From an uncultured Alphaproteobacteria bacterium (GTDB lineage Bacteria; Pseudomonadota; Alphaproteobacteria; Rhizobiales; Xanthobacteraceae), in assembly GCA_963850705.1 (NCBI GenBank), contig CAWKMR010000036.1, forward strand, positions 10,953-74,952: 64,000 nucleotides of DNA, written 5' to 3'. Numbering within the stretch: the stretch's first letter is position 1; each line of letters begins with the position of its first letter. The notes below the pieces were generated by a model. The model had not been told where the DNA came from and did no database searches. It saw only the letters and a program-made list of their open reading frames with translations. The position numbers and the translations under genes are program-made. This document shows positions 1 through 10,548 of the stretch, one piece after another.

Positions 1-1539
1 TATTTCGTCGTGCGGTTGATGCGCGCAAGAAGGCCGGCGATCGCGCTGATTTATACGCTCGATATCGACGTGAAGAACGAAGCGGCGGTGTTGAAGCGGC
101 TGGCGGGCGACCGCAATCTCTCGGTCGCTCCCGATGTCAGCTATCGCTTCAAGACGCATGCGCCCGGCGATGGGGTGTTGCGGCCGATCGTCATCGGCAC
201 CGGTCCCTGCGGTCTGTTTGCCGGTCTGATCCTGGCGCAGATGGGTTTCCGACCGATCATCCTGGAGCGGGGCAAGGTCGTTCGCGAGCGGACCAAGGAC
301 ACCTGGCGGCTGTGGCGCAAGTCCGTGCTGAACCCGGAATCGAACGTGCAGTTCGGCGAGGGAGGGGCCGGCACGTTCTCGGACGGCAAGCTCTACAGCC
401 AGATCAAGGACCCTGAAAACTACGGTCGCAAGGTGCTGACGGAATTCGTCAAGGCCGGCGCTCCGTCCGAGATCCTCACGGTCGCCAAGCCCCACATCGG
501 CACGTTCCGGCTGGTGACGATCGTCGAACAAATGCGCGAGACCATCGAAGCGCTCGGCGGCGAGTATCGTTTCCAGAGCAAGGTCGACGACATCGAAATC
601 GACGTAAGGCGTGACGGCACCCGACAGGTGGTCGGCGTGGTGCTCGCCGACGGCACACGCATCGCGGCCGATCATGTCGTGCTGGCGGTCGGCCACAGCG
701 CCCGCGACACGTTTCAGATGCTCTACGATCGCGGCGTCGCGATCGAGGCCAAGCCGTTCTCGGTCGGTGTGCGGATCGAGCATCCGCAGTCGCTGATCGA
801 CCGCTGCCGCTACGGCGGATTTGCCGGGCACTCGCTCCTGGGCGCGGCCGACTACAAGCTGATCCATCACGGCAGCAACGGTCGCTCGGTCTACAGCTTC
901 TGCATGTGTCCGGGCGGCACGGTGGTGGCCGCGACGTCGGAGCCGGGACGCGTCGTCACCAATGGGATGAGCCAATACTCCCGCAACGAGCGCAATGCCA
1001 ATGCCGGTATCGTCGTGGGCATCACGCCCGCCGACTATCCGGGGCATCCGCTCGCCGGGATCGCGTTTCAGCGGCAGTGGGAAGAACGCGCATTCGACGC
1101 CGGCGGCGGAACTTATGCGGCGCCGGCGCAACGGGTCGGCGATTTCCTCGCGCGCCGGGCGTCGACGGCGCTCGGCGAGGTCGTGCCGTCCTACCGGCCT
1201 GGCGTGCGTCCGACCGATCTCGCGGCGTGCCTGCCGGATTTCGCCGTGGCCGCGATCCGGGAGGCGCTTCCCGCGTTCGATCAGAAGATCAAAGGCTTTG
1301 CGTTCGACGATGCGCTGCTGACGGGCGTCGAGACCCGAACGTCGTCGCCGATCCGGATCGGTCGCGACCGGAGCTACCAGAGCTTGAACACACGCGGTCT
1401 CTATCCGGCAGGAGAAGGCGCCGGATACGCCGGCGGCATTCTCTCCGCCGGCGTGGATGGAATTCGGGTCGCTGAAGCTGTCGCCTTGGACATCAACGGA
1501 AGTGACGTTGGCCAGGGCCATCGGCCGCGCGTGGCCTAG
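1..1539 (+). CDS. FAD-dependent oxidoreductase of the COG2509 type (NAD(FAD)-utilizing dehydrogenase family); 5' end outside the window
   Basis: ORF 10..1539 stays open back to base 1. Dinucleotide-binding motif IVIGTGPCGLFAGLIL, then GHSARDTF and C-terminal GEGAGYAGGI. The first ~15 codons look out of register with the family (possible indel near base 40). Confidence 0.75.
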   Translation, partial: YFVVRLMRARRPAIALIYTLDIDVKNEAAVLKRLAGDRNLSVAPDVSYRFKTHAPGDGVLRPIVIGTGPCGLFAGLILAQMGFRPIILERGKVVRERTKDTWRLWRKSVLNPESNVQFGEGGAGTFSDGKLYSQIKDPENYGRKVLTEFVKAGAPSEILTVAKPHIGTFRLVTIVEQMRETIEALGGEYRFQSKVDDIEIDVRRDGTRQVVGVVLADGTRIAADHVVLAVGHSARDTFQMLYDRGVAIEAKPFSVGVRIEHPQSLIDRCRYGGFAGHSLLGAADYKLIHHGSNGRSVYSFCMCPGGTVVAATSEPGRVVTNGMSQYSRNERNANAGIVVGITPADYPGHPLAGIAFQRQWEERAFDAGGGTYAAPAQRVGDFLARRASTALGEVVPSYRPGVRPTDLAACLPDFAVAAIREALPAFDQKIKGFAFDDALLTGVETRTSSPIRIGRDRSYQSLNTRGLYPAGEGAGYAGGILSAGVDGIRVAEAVALDINGSDVGQGHRPRVA

Positions 1540-1544
1540 ACCGC

Positions 1545-1629
1545 GATCCGATCGAATCGGATCACGGTCTCGCTTTTTGTTTCTATCTCGGGTCAAGCCC
1601 GAGGAATCCCGCTTTTCGGGATCGTGCTC
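1545..1629. repeat. Intergenic REP-like palindromic element (TTTTCGGGATC-core family)
   Basis: Hairpin GATCCGATCGAATCGGATC followed by CCCGCTTTTCGGGATCGTGC. The same core recurs at 33530..33580 and 61999..62087. Confidence 0.6.
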
Positions 1630-2037
1630 CTAGAGACCGCGGCGGCGTTTCTTCTTTGAGGCCTTGCGCGCGGCGTAGCGGGCATCGCGGGCGGCCTTCT
1701 GCTCGGCTTTCAGCGCCTCGTCCGATGCCGATTCGGCCTCGGCCTTGGCAGCTGCTTCCGCCGCTGCCTGCTCGGCGGCGATGCGTGCGGCTTCTGCCGC
1801 CGCCTCAGCGGCGATCTTGGCCTGGCGGGCGAGTTCCGCCTCGTGCTCGCGCCGTGCGACTTCGCGCTGCGCCTGGCGCTCGATCCGCGCCGCCGCGATG
1901 GCTTCGCGCTCGCGCCGCTTCTCGATCGCTTCCGGGGTGTTGGGATCGGCGCTCTTCTTGAACTTTGCCAGGAGGTTCTTCTTGGCCTCGGCCGCGAGGC
2001 TGAGGCGATCTTCAAGGCTCTGATCGTAACTGGGCAT
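1630..2037 (-). CDS. Conserved hypothetical Ala/Glu/Arg/Lys-rich coiled-coil protein (135 aa)
   Basis: ATG-initiated ORF MPSYDQSLEDRLSLAAEAKKNLL... with strongly charged/Ala-rich repetitive composition. Overlapping ORFs in other frames look like GC artefacts. Confidence 0.55.
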   Translation of the reverse strand: MPSYDQSLEDRLSLAAEAKKNLLAKFKKSADPNTPEAIEKRREREAIAAARIERQAQREVARREHEAELARQAKIAAEAAAEAARIAAEQAAAEAAAKAEAESASDEALKAEQKAARDARYAARKASKKKRRRGL

Positions 2038-2283
2038 GGGACTAGTGCGTTGCTCCTCTTGCGCCCCGCCAAGGGGCTGGCGTCGGATGGTTGGGGAAGT
2101 TTTGACGTCTGCGGGAACCGGACTGATTAGTCGCGGCGCCGCCGACAGTCAATCGGGGCATCCACTGACGCAGGACATATGTTGCCGCAGGGTCGGCGCA
2201 AGCCTGAAGCCCTTTATTTCCAGCCCCGAATCATGCCCTGCCTGAAGCAGCGCATGTCGCGCTGCAAAAGAGGGCAATTCACC

Positions 2284-2607
2284 ATGGCGCCTGCTAGCGC
2301 ATCGAAGAAACCTACCGCCGCCAAAGCCAACCGGCCGGTCACCCTGAAACACCTCGCGGCTGCCTTGGCCGAGGAACACCAGTTGACCAAGAAGAATGGC
2401 GAAGCCCTCCTCACCGATCTGGTCGGGCTGATCACGAAGCACCTCAAGAAGGGCGAGCGGATCCGGATCGTCGGCCTCGGAATCCTGCAGGTACGCAAGC
2501 GAGCGGCCCGCATGGGGCGCAATCCCGCGACCGGTGAGCCGATCAAGATCAAGGCAAGCAAGAAGGTCGCCTTCCGGGCCGCCAAAGACCTGAAGATGGC
2601 GGTCTGA
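2284..2607 (+). CDS. HU/IHF-family nucleoid-associated DNA-binding protein with Lys/Ala-rich N-terminal tail
   Basis: Inside ORF 2179..2607. ATG 2284 gives MAPASASKKPTAAK..., followed by RIRIVGLGILQVRKRAARMGRNPATGEPIKIKASKKVAFRAAKDLK (HU beta-arm RNPxTGE). Confidence 0.85.
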   Translation: MAPASASKKPTAAKANRPVTLKHLAAALAEEHQLTKKNGEALLTDLVGLITKHLKKGERIRIVGLGILQVRKRAARMGRNPATGEPIKIKASKKVAFRAAKDLKMAV

Positions 2608-2639
2608 GCTTAGCGCCCTGTCATTTCGACGGACGATCG

Positions 2640-2671
2640 CCCCGGTAGCGCCGCTGCCGGGGCTTTCGTTT
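2640..2671 (+). terminator. Possible intrinsic terminator after the HU gene
   Basis: CCCCGG, 11-nt loop, CCGGGG stem, followed by CTTTCGTTT. Confidence 0.4.
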
Positions 2672-2673
2672 GA

Positions 2674-2841
2674 CTGGTGTCCCCGGATCCGAAGTTCGCA
2701 CACCCCGTGCTGCAAATACGCATGCGAACTTCGGATTCGAAAGGGACACCAGCACTTGATACTTGCTAGTAGTCCTTCGATTCTAACATTCGCAAAGTCG
2801 CCTGCTGAAACGGGATGCGAATGTTAGAATTGGACCACTAG
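2674..2841. repeat. CTAG-bounded twin-hairpin repeat, copy 1
   Basis: 2674..2753 CTGGTGTCCCCGGATCCGAAGTTCGCA...TGCGAACTTCGGATTCGAAAGGGACACCAG. 2766..2841 CTAGTAGTCCTTCGATTCTAACATTCGCA...TGCGAATGTTAGAATTGGACCACTAG. Lies between the convergent HU and uup genes and ends 2 nt from the uup stop. Confidence 0.85.
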
Positions 2842-2843
2842 TG

Positions 2844-4662
2844 TCAACCGCCGGCGAGCTCTTCGCGGAGAATTTCGAGCGCCAGCCACTGCTCCTCCGC
2901 GACGGCGATCTTTCGTTGCAGGTCGCCCAGCGCAGCGCTGGTCTTCTCGAAGCCGGCGCGGTCGCGCGCATAAAACTGTGGATCGCTGAGCTTTTCCTGC
3001 AACGCATGGGCCTCGGTCTGGAGCGTGGCGATGGTCTTCGGCAGCGTCTCAAGCGCGTGCTTGTCCTTGAAGGTCATTCTCCGCTTCGCAGGCTCCGGCG
3101 CTTCGGAGAGCGGCGCGGCCGCCTTTGCGACCTTCTGCGGCTCCGGCTTGCGCTGATCGCGGGTGAGATCGACGCCGCGCTGCGCCAGCATGTCGCTATA
3201 GCCGCCGGCATACTCGACCCAGCGCCCGTTGCCCTCGGGCGCGATCACGCCGTTCACCAGCCGGTCAAGAAAATCGCGATCGTGGCTGATGAGCAGGACC
3301 GTTCCGGCATAGTCGCCGAGCATGTCCTCGAGCACTTCCAGCGTCTCCATATCGAGATCGTTGGTCGGCTCGTCGAGGATCAGCAGGTTTGACGGCCTGG
3401 CGAGCGCCTGCGCCAGCATCAGCCGGCCGCGCTCGCCGCCCGACAGCTTGCGGAGCGGCGTGCGCGCCTGCTCGGCGGTGAACAGGAAATCCTTCATGTA
3501 GCTGACGACGTGCCTGCGCCTGGCCGTTCACGTGCACGGTGTCGCCGCCGCCGGCGGTGAGCGCTTCGGCGACCGTGACGTCGGGATCGAGGCTGTCGCG
3601 GTGCTGGTTGAGCGTCGCGATCGCCGAGGTTCGCGCCGAGCCGGACCGAGCCGCTGTCGGGAGCGAGGCTGCCGGTCAGCAGATTGATCAGCGTGGTCTT
3701 GCCGCTGCCGTTCGGCCCGACGATGCCGATGCGGTCGCCGCGCTGGATGCGGATCGAGAAGTTGCTGACGATCGGCCGGCCTTCGTAGCTCTTGCCGATG
3801 CCGTTCGCCTCGATCACCAGCGCGCCGGACTCCGGCGCCGAGCTGGCGGTGATGGTGGCGTTGCCGGTGCTCGCCCGGTACGTGCGGCGCTGTTCGCGCA
3901 GCGCCTGCAACTCCCCGACGCGGCGCATGTTGCGCTTGCGCCGCGCGGTGACGCCGTAGCGCAGCCAGTGCTCTTCGGCGACGATCTTGCGGTCGAGCTT
4001 GTGCTGGTCGCGTTCCTCCTCCGCCAGCACCGCGTCGCGCCATTCCTCGAAATGGGCAAAGCCGCGTTCCAGCCGGCGGGTCTCGCCGCGGTCGAGCCAG
4101 ACCGTGACGCGCGACAGCGTCGACAGGAAACGCCGGTCGTGGCTGATGATCACCAGCGCTGTGCGCCGCGCGTCGAGATCGCGTTCCAGCCATTCGATCG
4201 TGCGTCAGGTCGAGGTGATTGGTCGGCTCGTCGAGCAGGAGAATATCGGGCGAGGGCGCGAGCACGCGCGCGAGCGACGCGCGGCGCGCTTCGCCGCCGG
4301 AGAGATGCGCCGGATGTTCGCTGCCGTTGAGGCCGAGCTGCTCAAGCAGATAGCGGGCGGCGTGATGATCGTCGGCCGGACCGAGCCCGGCCTCGACATA
4401 GGCGAGGGTGGAATCGAAACCGCAAGAAATCCGGTTCCTGCGGCAGATAGCGGACCGTCGCGCCCGGCTGCAGGAAAACCGAGCCGCGGTCCGGCTCCAC
4501 GGTTCCGGCGGCGATTTTCAGCAGTGTCGATTTGCCCGATCCGTTGCGTCCGACCAGCGAGACGCGCTCGCCGGCGGAGACCGACAACTCCGCGCCGGTC
4601 AGCAGCGGCGTGCCGCCGAAGGTCAGCGCGATATCCTTGAGTTGAAGGAGGGGAGGAGACAT
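2844..4662 (-). pseudogene. uup: ABC-F family ATPase (Uup-like: two ABC domains plus C-terminal coiled coil), frame broken four times as sequenced
   Basis: Fragments 4342..4770, 3528..4265, 3494..4153, 3265..3537 and 2844..3497 join into one protein. Walker A GRNGSGKST and GPNGSGKTT, signature [19 protein letters not shown] and LLILDEPTNDLD. Breaks near 4424, 4202, 3625 and 3515, each repaired by removing one base. The span is 1819 nt, not a multiple of 3. Confidence 0.85.
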
Positions 4663-4851
4663 GCGACCGATCAAATTTGGTTCATATAGAGGTTCGGTCG
4701 AAGCCTTTGGCGCGGCTCCGGGGCCGGTTTGTATCCTGCCAGAATGCTGAAATGTGAAAATTGTCGTCAAATTGAACTAATCTCTTCAAGAAGTCTTTTG
4801 TGTTTGCATGTGAAGGTCAATCTGCGGTGCGGTCTGTCAGGGAGCCGATCA

Positions 4852-5026
4852 GTGCGCGATCTCATCAGGCTAGGGGCTGCGATTTCTCAGGAACGACGGC
4901 GGGGCCACCGCCATCGAATACGCGATCATTGCCGGTATGCTGTCGATCGTGATCGTGGTTGCCGTAACTTCGATCGGCACCAGCCTGAATACGATGTTCA
5001 CGTCGGTGGCGACCGCCGTTAAGTGA
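4852..5026 (+). pseudogene. Flp/Fap-family type IVb prepilin (about 57 aa) with one frame break in the leader
   Basis: My own translation of the frame ending at TGA 5024..5026 reads RFLRNDGGATAIEYAIIAGMLSIVIVVAVTSIGTSLNTMFTSVATAVK (Flp G/ATAIEY motif plus hydrophobic helix). The GTG 4852 start (VRDLIRLG) is one frame off. Dropping one G of GGGG 4873..4876 joins them. Confidence 0.55.
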
Positions 5027-5130
5027 TCCGGAAGCGGCCAATTCCCGCGTGAGGGGTTACCGATATCCGTCGCCGTTAACCTCTCTTCAACCAACCCCCG
5101 TCAGGACTTGTAGTCTGGACGGGGAATGCC

Positions 5131-6287
5131 ATGGTTTCGCGCCTCGAGCGCACGCCCTTTGCCGCCTGGTGGTGGACGGTCGACCGGCTGACGCTGGCGG
5201 CGATGCTCGGCCTGATGCTCGCGGGCATCGTGCTGTCGCTGGCGGCGAGCCCGCCGGTCGCGGCGCGGCTCGGGCTCGAGCCGTTCTATTTCGTCAACCG
5301 CCACGTCATGTTCCTGATCCCCGCGATTGCGGTGCTGATCGCGACCTCGTTCCTGCTCGCCGCACCTCATCCGCCGCATCGCGCTGGTGGTGTTCGTCGT
5401 CAGCCTTGCGCTCGTATTCATGACGCTGGTCTATGGCGCGGAGGTGAAGGGCGCGCGGCGCTGGCTGGTCATCCTCGGCGTCAGCATCCAGCCGTCGGAA
5501 TTCCTCAAGCCCGCCTTCGTGATCCTGATCGCCTGGCTGTTCGGTGAATCGGCGCGTCGCCCCGAGATGCCGGCCAATACCATCGCGCTCGGATTGCTGG
5601 CGGCGGTCGTGCTCGGACTGGTGCTGCAGCCCGACTTCGGCCAGACCATGCTGATCCTCGCGGTCTGGGGTGCGCTGTTCTTCCTCGCCGGCATGCGGCT
5701 GATCTGGGTGGTGGGACTGGGCGGCGCGGCGATCGTCGGTCTCACCGGCGCCTATTTCACGGTCCCGCACGTCGCGCGGCGCATCAAGCGCTTCATCGAT
5801 CCGGCGTCCGGCGACACCTTCAACATCGATCAGGCGGTGGAATCCTTCGTGCGCGGCGGCTGGTTCGGCCGCGGGCCGGGCGAGGGCACCGTGAAGCGCA
5901 TCCTGCCCGAGAGCCATACCGACTTCGTGTTCGCGGTGGCGGCGGAGGAGTTCGGCATCGCGCTCTGCCTGGTGCTGCTCTTGCTGTTCGCCTTCATCGT
6001 GCTGCGCGCCTTGCTGCATGCGCTGCGCAACCACGACCCGTTCCAGCGCTTTGCGGCGGCCGGGCTCGCGATCCTGTTCGGCCTGCAATCCGCCATCAAC
6101 ATGGCGGTAAATGCCCACCTGATCCCGGCGAAGGGCATGACCTTGCCGTTCGTCTCCTACGGGGGCTCCTCGATGATCTCGCTCGCCTGGGGCATGGGCA
6201 TGCTGCTGGCGCTCACCCGCGAGCGTCCGCGCACCGATTATCTGGCGAGCCAGGACGGCCTCGTTCCCGCCGGGAGCAGCGGCGTGA
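5131..6287 (+). pseudogene. ftsW: FtsW (SEDS-family cell-division peptidoglycan polymerase), frame break near 5356 and no in-frame stop before murG
   Basis: ORF 5131..5547 gives the N-terminus (MVSRLERTPFAAWWWTVDRLTL...). ORF 5387..7396 continues it (VFVVSLALVF...IQPSEFLKPAFVILIAW...LPFVSYGGSSMISLAWGMGMLLAL). One extra C at ~5356. I set the 3' limit at TGA 6285..6287, which lies in a third frame. Confidence 0.8.
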
Positions 6288-7396
6288 CCGAAGCGGGCGG
6301 CGCGCCGCTCGTGCTGCTCGCGGCCGGCGGAACGGGCGGCCATCTGTTTCCCGCCGAGGCGCTGGCGGAGGCGCTCGCCCGCCGCGGCGTGACTGTCGAT
6401 CTCGCCACCGATCACCGCGCCGAGCGCTATGGCGGACGCTTCCCGGCGCGCGAGACCCACATCATCCCGAGCGACACCGTGCGCGCGCGCAACCCGGTCG
6501 CGCTCGCGCGCACCGCGCTGGCGCTCGGCCGCGGACTCGTGCGCGCCTATTTCGTGCTGCGGCGGATCAAGCCCGCCGCCGTGGTCGGCTTCGGCGGCTA
6601 TCCGACGCTGCCGCCGGTCGGCGCGGCGACGGTGCTCAAAATTCCGACCATCATCCACGAGCAGAATGCGGTGATGGGGCGCGCCAACCGGCAGCTCGCG
6701 CCGCGCGTGACCGCGATCGCGACCTCGTTCGACGGCGTGCTCGATGCCGAGCCCGCGCTTGCCGCCAAGGCGACGCGCACCGGCAATCCGGTGCGGCCGG
6801 CGGCGATCGCGGCGGCGGCGACGCCGTTCGTGGCGCCGGAGGCGGACGGGCTCGTGCGCCTGCTGGTGTTCGGCGGCAGCCAGGGCGCGCGGATCATGTC
6901 GGAGATCGTGCCGCTCGCGATCGAGCAGCTCGACGCGTCGTTGCGCGCGCGTCTGTTGCTCGCGCAGCAGGCGCGCGACGAGGACCTCGCGCGCGTGCGC
7001 GACATCTATTCGCGCCTGAGCATCGCCGCGGAGGTGTCGCCGTTCTTTCCCGATCTGCCGGCGCGCATCGCCGCCGCGCATCTCGTCGTGGCGCGCTCCG
7101 GCGCGTCGACGGTGTCGGAGCTTGCCGCCATCGGACGGCCGTCCATCCTCGTGCCGCTGCCGGGCGCGCTCGATCAGGATCAGTTCGCCAATGCCGGCGT
7201 GCTGGCCGCCGCAGGCGGCGCGATCCGCCTGCCGCAAACCGACTTCACGCCGGCGCGGCTTGCCGCGGAGATCACCGCGCTGACGGCCGGGCCGCAACGG
7301 CTCACGGCCATGGCGCAGGCCGCGCGCTCGCAAGGCGCGCCCGACGCCGCCGACCGGCTCGCGGACCTCGTGATGAAGACGGCGCGGCTCGCCTAA
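6284..7396 (+). CDS. murG: MurG, undecaprenyldiphospho-muramoylpentapeptide beta-N-acetylglucosaminyltransferase
   Basis: C-terminal ~370 aa of ORF 5387..7396: LLAAGGTGGHLFPAEALAEAL, GFGGYPTLPP, IHEQNAVMGRANR, ARSGASTVSELAAIGRPSILVPLPGALDQDQFANAG. Start proposed at GTG 6284; the start is uncertain. Confidence 0.85.
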   Translation: MTEAGGAPLVLLAAGGTGGHLFPAEALAEALARRGVTVDLATDHRAERYGGRFPARETHIIPSDTVRARNPVALARTALALGRGLVRAYFVLRRIKPAAVVGFGGYPTLPPVGAATVLKIPTIIHEQNAVMGRANRQLAPRVTAIATSFDGVLDAEPALAAKATRTGNPVRPAAIAAAATPFVAPEADGLVRLLVFGGSQGARIMSEIVPLAIEQLDASLRARLLLAQQARDEDLARVRDIYSRLSIAAEVSPFFPDLPARIAAAHLVVARSGASTVSELAAIGRPSILVPLPGALDQDQFANAGVLAAAGGAIRLPQTDFTPARLAAEITALTAGPQRLTAMAQAARSQGAPDAADRLADLVMKTARLA

Positions 7397-8058
7397 CGGC
7401 TTTTGAACATCGCGCGCACGTCGTGCAGGTCGCGGACGACCGCGACGCAAAGCTCGCGCAGTTCGTCGGTCGCCGGCAGCATGTCCGGCACCATGATCGT
7501 CATCGCGCCAGACGCGTGCGCGGCGCGCACGCCGGGATAGGAATCTTCGAGCACGAGGCAGCGCTCCGCGCGGACGCCGAGATTGCTCGCGGCCTTGAGG
7601 AACATGTCCGGATGCGGCTTGCCGCGCGTGACATCCTCGCGCGTGCAGACGGCGCTGAAATGATCGAGCAGGCCCGCGCGCTTGAGATGATGTTCGGCGA
7701 TCCTGCGCACGGTCGAGGTCGCGACCGCCATCGGCAGCTTGCGTGCCGCAAGATCGCCGATCAGTTCCGCCGCGCCGGCCTTCACTGGGACGCCGGCGTC
7801 GAGGCGCTGCCGCATCTCCACCTCGCAATCCTCAAACAGCCGCGCGATCGGGAAGTCGGCGCCGAACCGCTGCTGCAGGATGAGGTGAATTTCCGCCTCG
7901 GCGGTTCCGACCATCGACTGGCAGAAGTCAGCCGGAAAATCGTACCCCATCCCCGACGCGCTCGCGACCATCGCCGCGCGATAGACGCTCTCGGTGTCGA
8001 GCAGCAGCCCGTCCATGTCGAAGATCACGGCCTCGACGGGAAATGGGAAGGCAGTCAT
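7393..8058 (-). CDS. HAD-superfamily hydrolase (beta-phosphoglucomutase-like phosphatase)
   Basis: 221-aa ORF with HAD motif I AVIFDMDGLLLDTE and a C-terminal LVLEDS motif. Its stop overlaps the murG stop on the opposite strand (CTAA at 7393..7396). Confidence 0.8.
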   Translation of the reverse strand: MTAFPFPVEAVIFDMDGLLLDTESVYRAAMVASASGMGYDFPADFCQSMVGTAEAEIHLILQQRFGADFPIARLFEDCEVEMRQRLDAGVPVKAGAAELIGDLAARKLPMAVATSTVRRIAEHHLKRAGLLDHFSAVCTREDVTRGKPHPDMFLKAASNLGVRAERCLVLEDSYPGVRAAHASGAMTIMVPDMLPATDELRELCVAVVRDLHDVRAMFKSR

Positions 8059-8201
8059 GAGATGATTCCGGTGACTTGCATCGCGGGGCGTGCTGGGTCC
8101 ATATCGGCGTTCGACAGCGGAAAATGGACGCCTTTGGCGTCAATTCCTGGTTGATGCTCTATTATGACGCTCAAAAGCGCTGAGTCGGGAGTACCACATT
8201 C

Positions 8202-9614
8202 ATGAAGCTGCCGCGCGACATCGGCCCGATCCATTTCGTCGGCATCGGCGGCATCGGCATGAGCGGAATCGCCGAGGTGCTGATCAATCTCGGCTATGTG
8301 GTGCAGGGCTCCGACGTCTCCGACGGCGCCAACATCAAGCGGTTGCGCGACAAGGGCGCGACGGTATCGATAGGTCACGCCGCCGCCAATCTCGGCGCCG
8401 CCGAAGTCGTCGTGGTCTCGACCGCGATCCGGCGCGACAATCCCGAACTCGTTGCGGCGCGCGCCAGGCGGCTGCCGGTGGTGCGGCGCGCGGAGATGCT
8501 CGCCGAGCTGATGCGGCTGAAAAGCTGCATCGCTATCGCCGGTACTCACGGCAAGACGACGACCACCTCGATGGTCGCCGCGTTGCTCGATGCCGGCAAT
8601 CTCGATCCGACCGTAATCAACGGCGGCATCATCGAAGCCTACGGCACCAATGCGCGGCTCGGCGGCGGCGACTGGATGGTGGTAGAGGCGGACGAATCCG
8701 ACGGCACCTTCCTGAAGCTTCCCGCCGACATCGCGATCGTGACCAATGTCGATCCCGAGCATCTCGACCACTTCAAGACCTACGACGCGGTGCAGGACGC
8801 ATTCCGCGGCTTTGTCGACAACGTGCCGTTCTACGGCTTCGCGGTGATGTGCACCGATCATGAGGTCGTGCAGCAGCTCGTCGGACGCATCGAGGATCGC
8901 CGCATCATCACCTATGGCGAGAATCCGCAGGCCGACGTGCGGCTGATCGATCTCGACCACGCCAATGGCGCGTCGCGCTTCGCGGTGATGTTCCGCAACC
9001 GCGCCGGTCAGGAAATTCACGCCATCAAGAATCTGCGGCTGCCGATGCCGGGACGCCATAACGCGCTCAATGCCACCGCCGCGATCGCGGTCGCGCGCGA
9101 GCTCGGTATCGGCGACGACATGATCCGCAAGGCGCTGGAGAATTTCGGCGGTGTGCGCCGGCGCTTCACCCGCACCGGCGAGTGGAACGGCGTGCCGATC
9201 GTCGACGACTACGGCCACCATCCGGTCGAGATCGCGGCGGTGCTGCGCGCCGCGCGCGAGTTGAACAAGGGGCAGGTAATCGCGATCATGCAGCCGCATC
9301 GCTATTCGCGGCTGTCGACGCTGTTCGAGTCGTTCTGCACCTGCTTCAATGATGCAGACACCGTGATGGTCGCGCACGTCTATCCGGCCGGCGAGCAGCC
9401 GATCCAGGGCGCCAGCCGTGATGCGCTGGTGCAGGGCATGCGCGCGCGCGGCCATCGCCAGGTGATCCCGCTCGACGGCCCGCAGGACATCGCCGGCATC
9501 GTGAAGCGGCTGGCCCGGCCGGGTGACATCGTCGTGTTCCTCGGCGCCGGCAACATCACGCAATGGGCCTACGCGCTGCCGGGCGAACTCGCGGCGACCG
9601 GCAAGGTGGCGTGA
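8202..9614 (+). CDS. murC: UDP-N-acetylmuramate--L-alanine ligase MurC
   Basis: 470-aa ORF: [29 protein letters not shown] (Mur ligase P-loop). dcw context. Confidence 0.95.
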   Translation: MKLPRDIGPIHFVGIGGIGMSGIAEVLINLGYVVQGSDVSDGANIKRLRDKGATVSIGHAAANLGAAEVVVVSTAIRRDNPELVAARARRLPVVRRAEMLAELMRLKSCIAIAGTHGKTTTTSMVAALLDAGNLDPTVINGGIIEAYGTNARLGGGDWMVVEADESDGTFLKLPADIAIVTNVDPEHLDHFKTYDAVQDAFRGFVDNVPFYGFAVMCTDHEVVQQLVGRIEDRRIITYGENPQADVRLIDLDHANGASRFAVMFRNRAGQEIHAIKNLRLPMPGRHNALNATAAIAVARELGIGDDMIRKALENFGGVRRRFTRTGEWNGVPIVDDYGHHPVEIAAVLRAARELNKGQVIAIMQPHRYSRLSTLFESFCTCFNDADTVMVAHVYPAGEQPIQGASRDALVQGMRARGHRQVIPLDGPQDIAGIVKRLARPGDIVVFLGAGNITQWAYALPGELAATGKVA

Positions 9615-9625
9615 GCAGGCCGGCG

Positions 9626-10546
9626 ATGGCCTTTCCCGACCTCGTTCCTGATCTGAAAGCGACGCTGCCGCAGCTACGCGGACGGTTCCTGCCGAACGAG
9701 CCTCTCGCGCCGCTGACCTGGTTCCGTGTCGGCGGGCCGGCGCAGGTGTTGTTTATGCCGGAGGATGAGGCGGACCTCTCGTCCTTCCTTTTAAAATTGC
9801 CGGCGGCCATTCCGGTGACAGTGGTCGGCCTCGGCTCCAACCTGATCGTGCGCGACGGCGGCGTGGCGGGTGTGGTCATCCGCCTTGGGCGTGGTTTCTC
9901 GGACATCAAAGTCGAGGGCGAGCGCATCCGCAGCGGCACCGCCGTGCCGGATGTCCGCGTGGCGCGTGCGGCGCAGGAAGCCGGCCTTTCCGGGCTGGCC
10001 TTCCTGCGCGGCATTCCCGGCGCGATCGGCGGCGCGTTGCGCATGAACGGCGGCGCCTACGGCCGCGAGACCAAGGACACGCTGGTCGAGGCCCGCGGCG
10101 TCGATCGCGCCGGCAAGATCCATGTCTTCGCCAATGGCGACATGCACTACACTTATCGGCACTGTGGCGCGCCCGACGACATCATCTTCACCGAGGCGCT
10201 GTTCCAAGGCACGCCCGGCGATCCCGCCGCCATCGCCGCTGAGATGGACAAGATCACTGAAAGCCGGGAAGCCACGCAGCCGATCAAGAGCCGCACCGGC
10301 GGCTCGACCTTCAAGAATCCGCCCGGCCACAAGGCCTGGCAGCTCATCGATGCTGCGGGCTGCCGCGGGCTGGTCGTCGGCGATGCGCAGGTCTCCGAGA
10401 TGCACTGCAATTTCCTGATCAATCGCGGCAACGCCACTGCTTCCGACATCGAGACGCTGGGCGAGACCGTGCGCAAGCGCGTGAAGGAGAATTCCGGCGT
10501 CGGGCTCGAGTGGGAGATCAAGCGGATCGGTCAGGCCGCCGGCTGA
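9626..10546 (+). CDS. murB: UDP-N-acetylenolpyruvoylglucosamine reductase MurB
   Basis: ORF 9563..10546. ATG 9626 gives [19 protein letters not shown]...; [37 protein letters not shown] 9611, overlapping the murC stop, is an alternative start. Confidence 0.9.
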   Translation: MAFPDLVPDLKATLPQLRGRFLPNEPLAPLTWFRVGGPAQVLFMPEDEADLSSFLLKLPAAIPVTVVGLGSNLIVRDGGVAGVVIRLGRGFSDIKVEGERIRSGTAVPDVRVARAAQEAGLSGLAFLRGIPGAIGGALRMNGGAYGRETKDTLVEARGVDRAGKIHVFANGDMHYTYRHCGAPDDIIFTEALFQGTPGDPAAIAAEMDKITESREATQPIKSRTGGSTFKNPPGHKAWQLIDAAGCRGLVVGDAQVSEMHCNFLINRGNATASDIETLGETVRKRVKENSGVGLEWEIKRIGQAAG

Positions 10547-10548
10547 TG

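Noticed and set aside
5306-7828. 840-aa ORF on the minus strand opposite ftsW/murG. Similar long antisense ORFs lie at 8055..9563, 14234..15442, 15585..17561, 20918..22237, 28207..30225 and 41712..43205.
   Set aside because: All are Arg/Ala/Gly/His-rich low-complexity translations lying exactly antisense to well-recognised genes (ftsW/murG, murC, ftsA, ftsZ, recN, ligA, TctC). This is the usual open-antisense-frame artefact of high-GC DNA.
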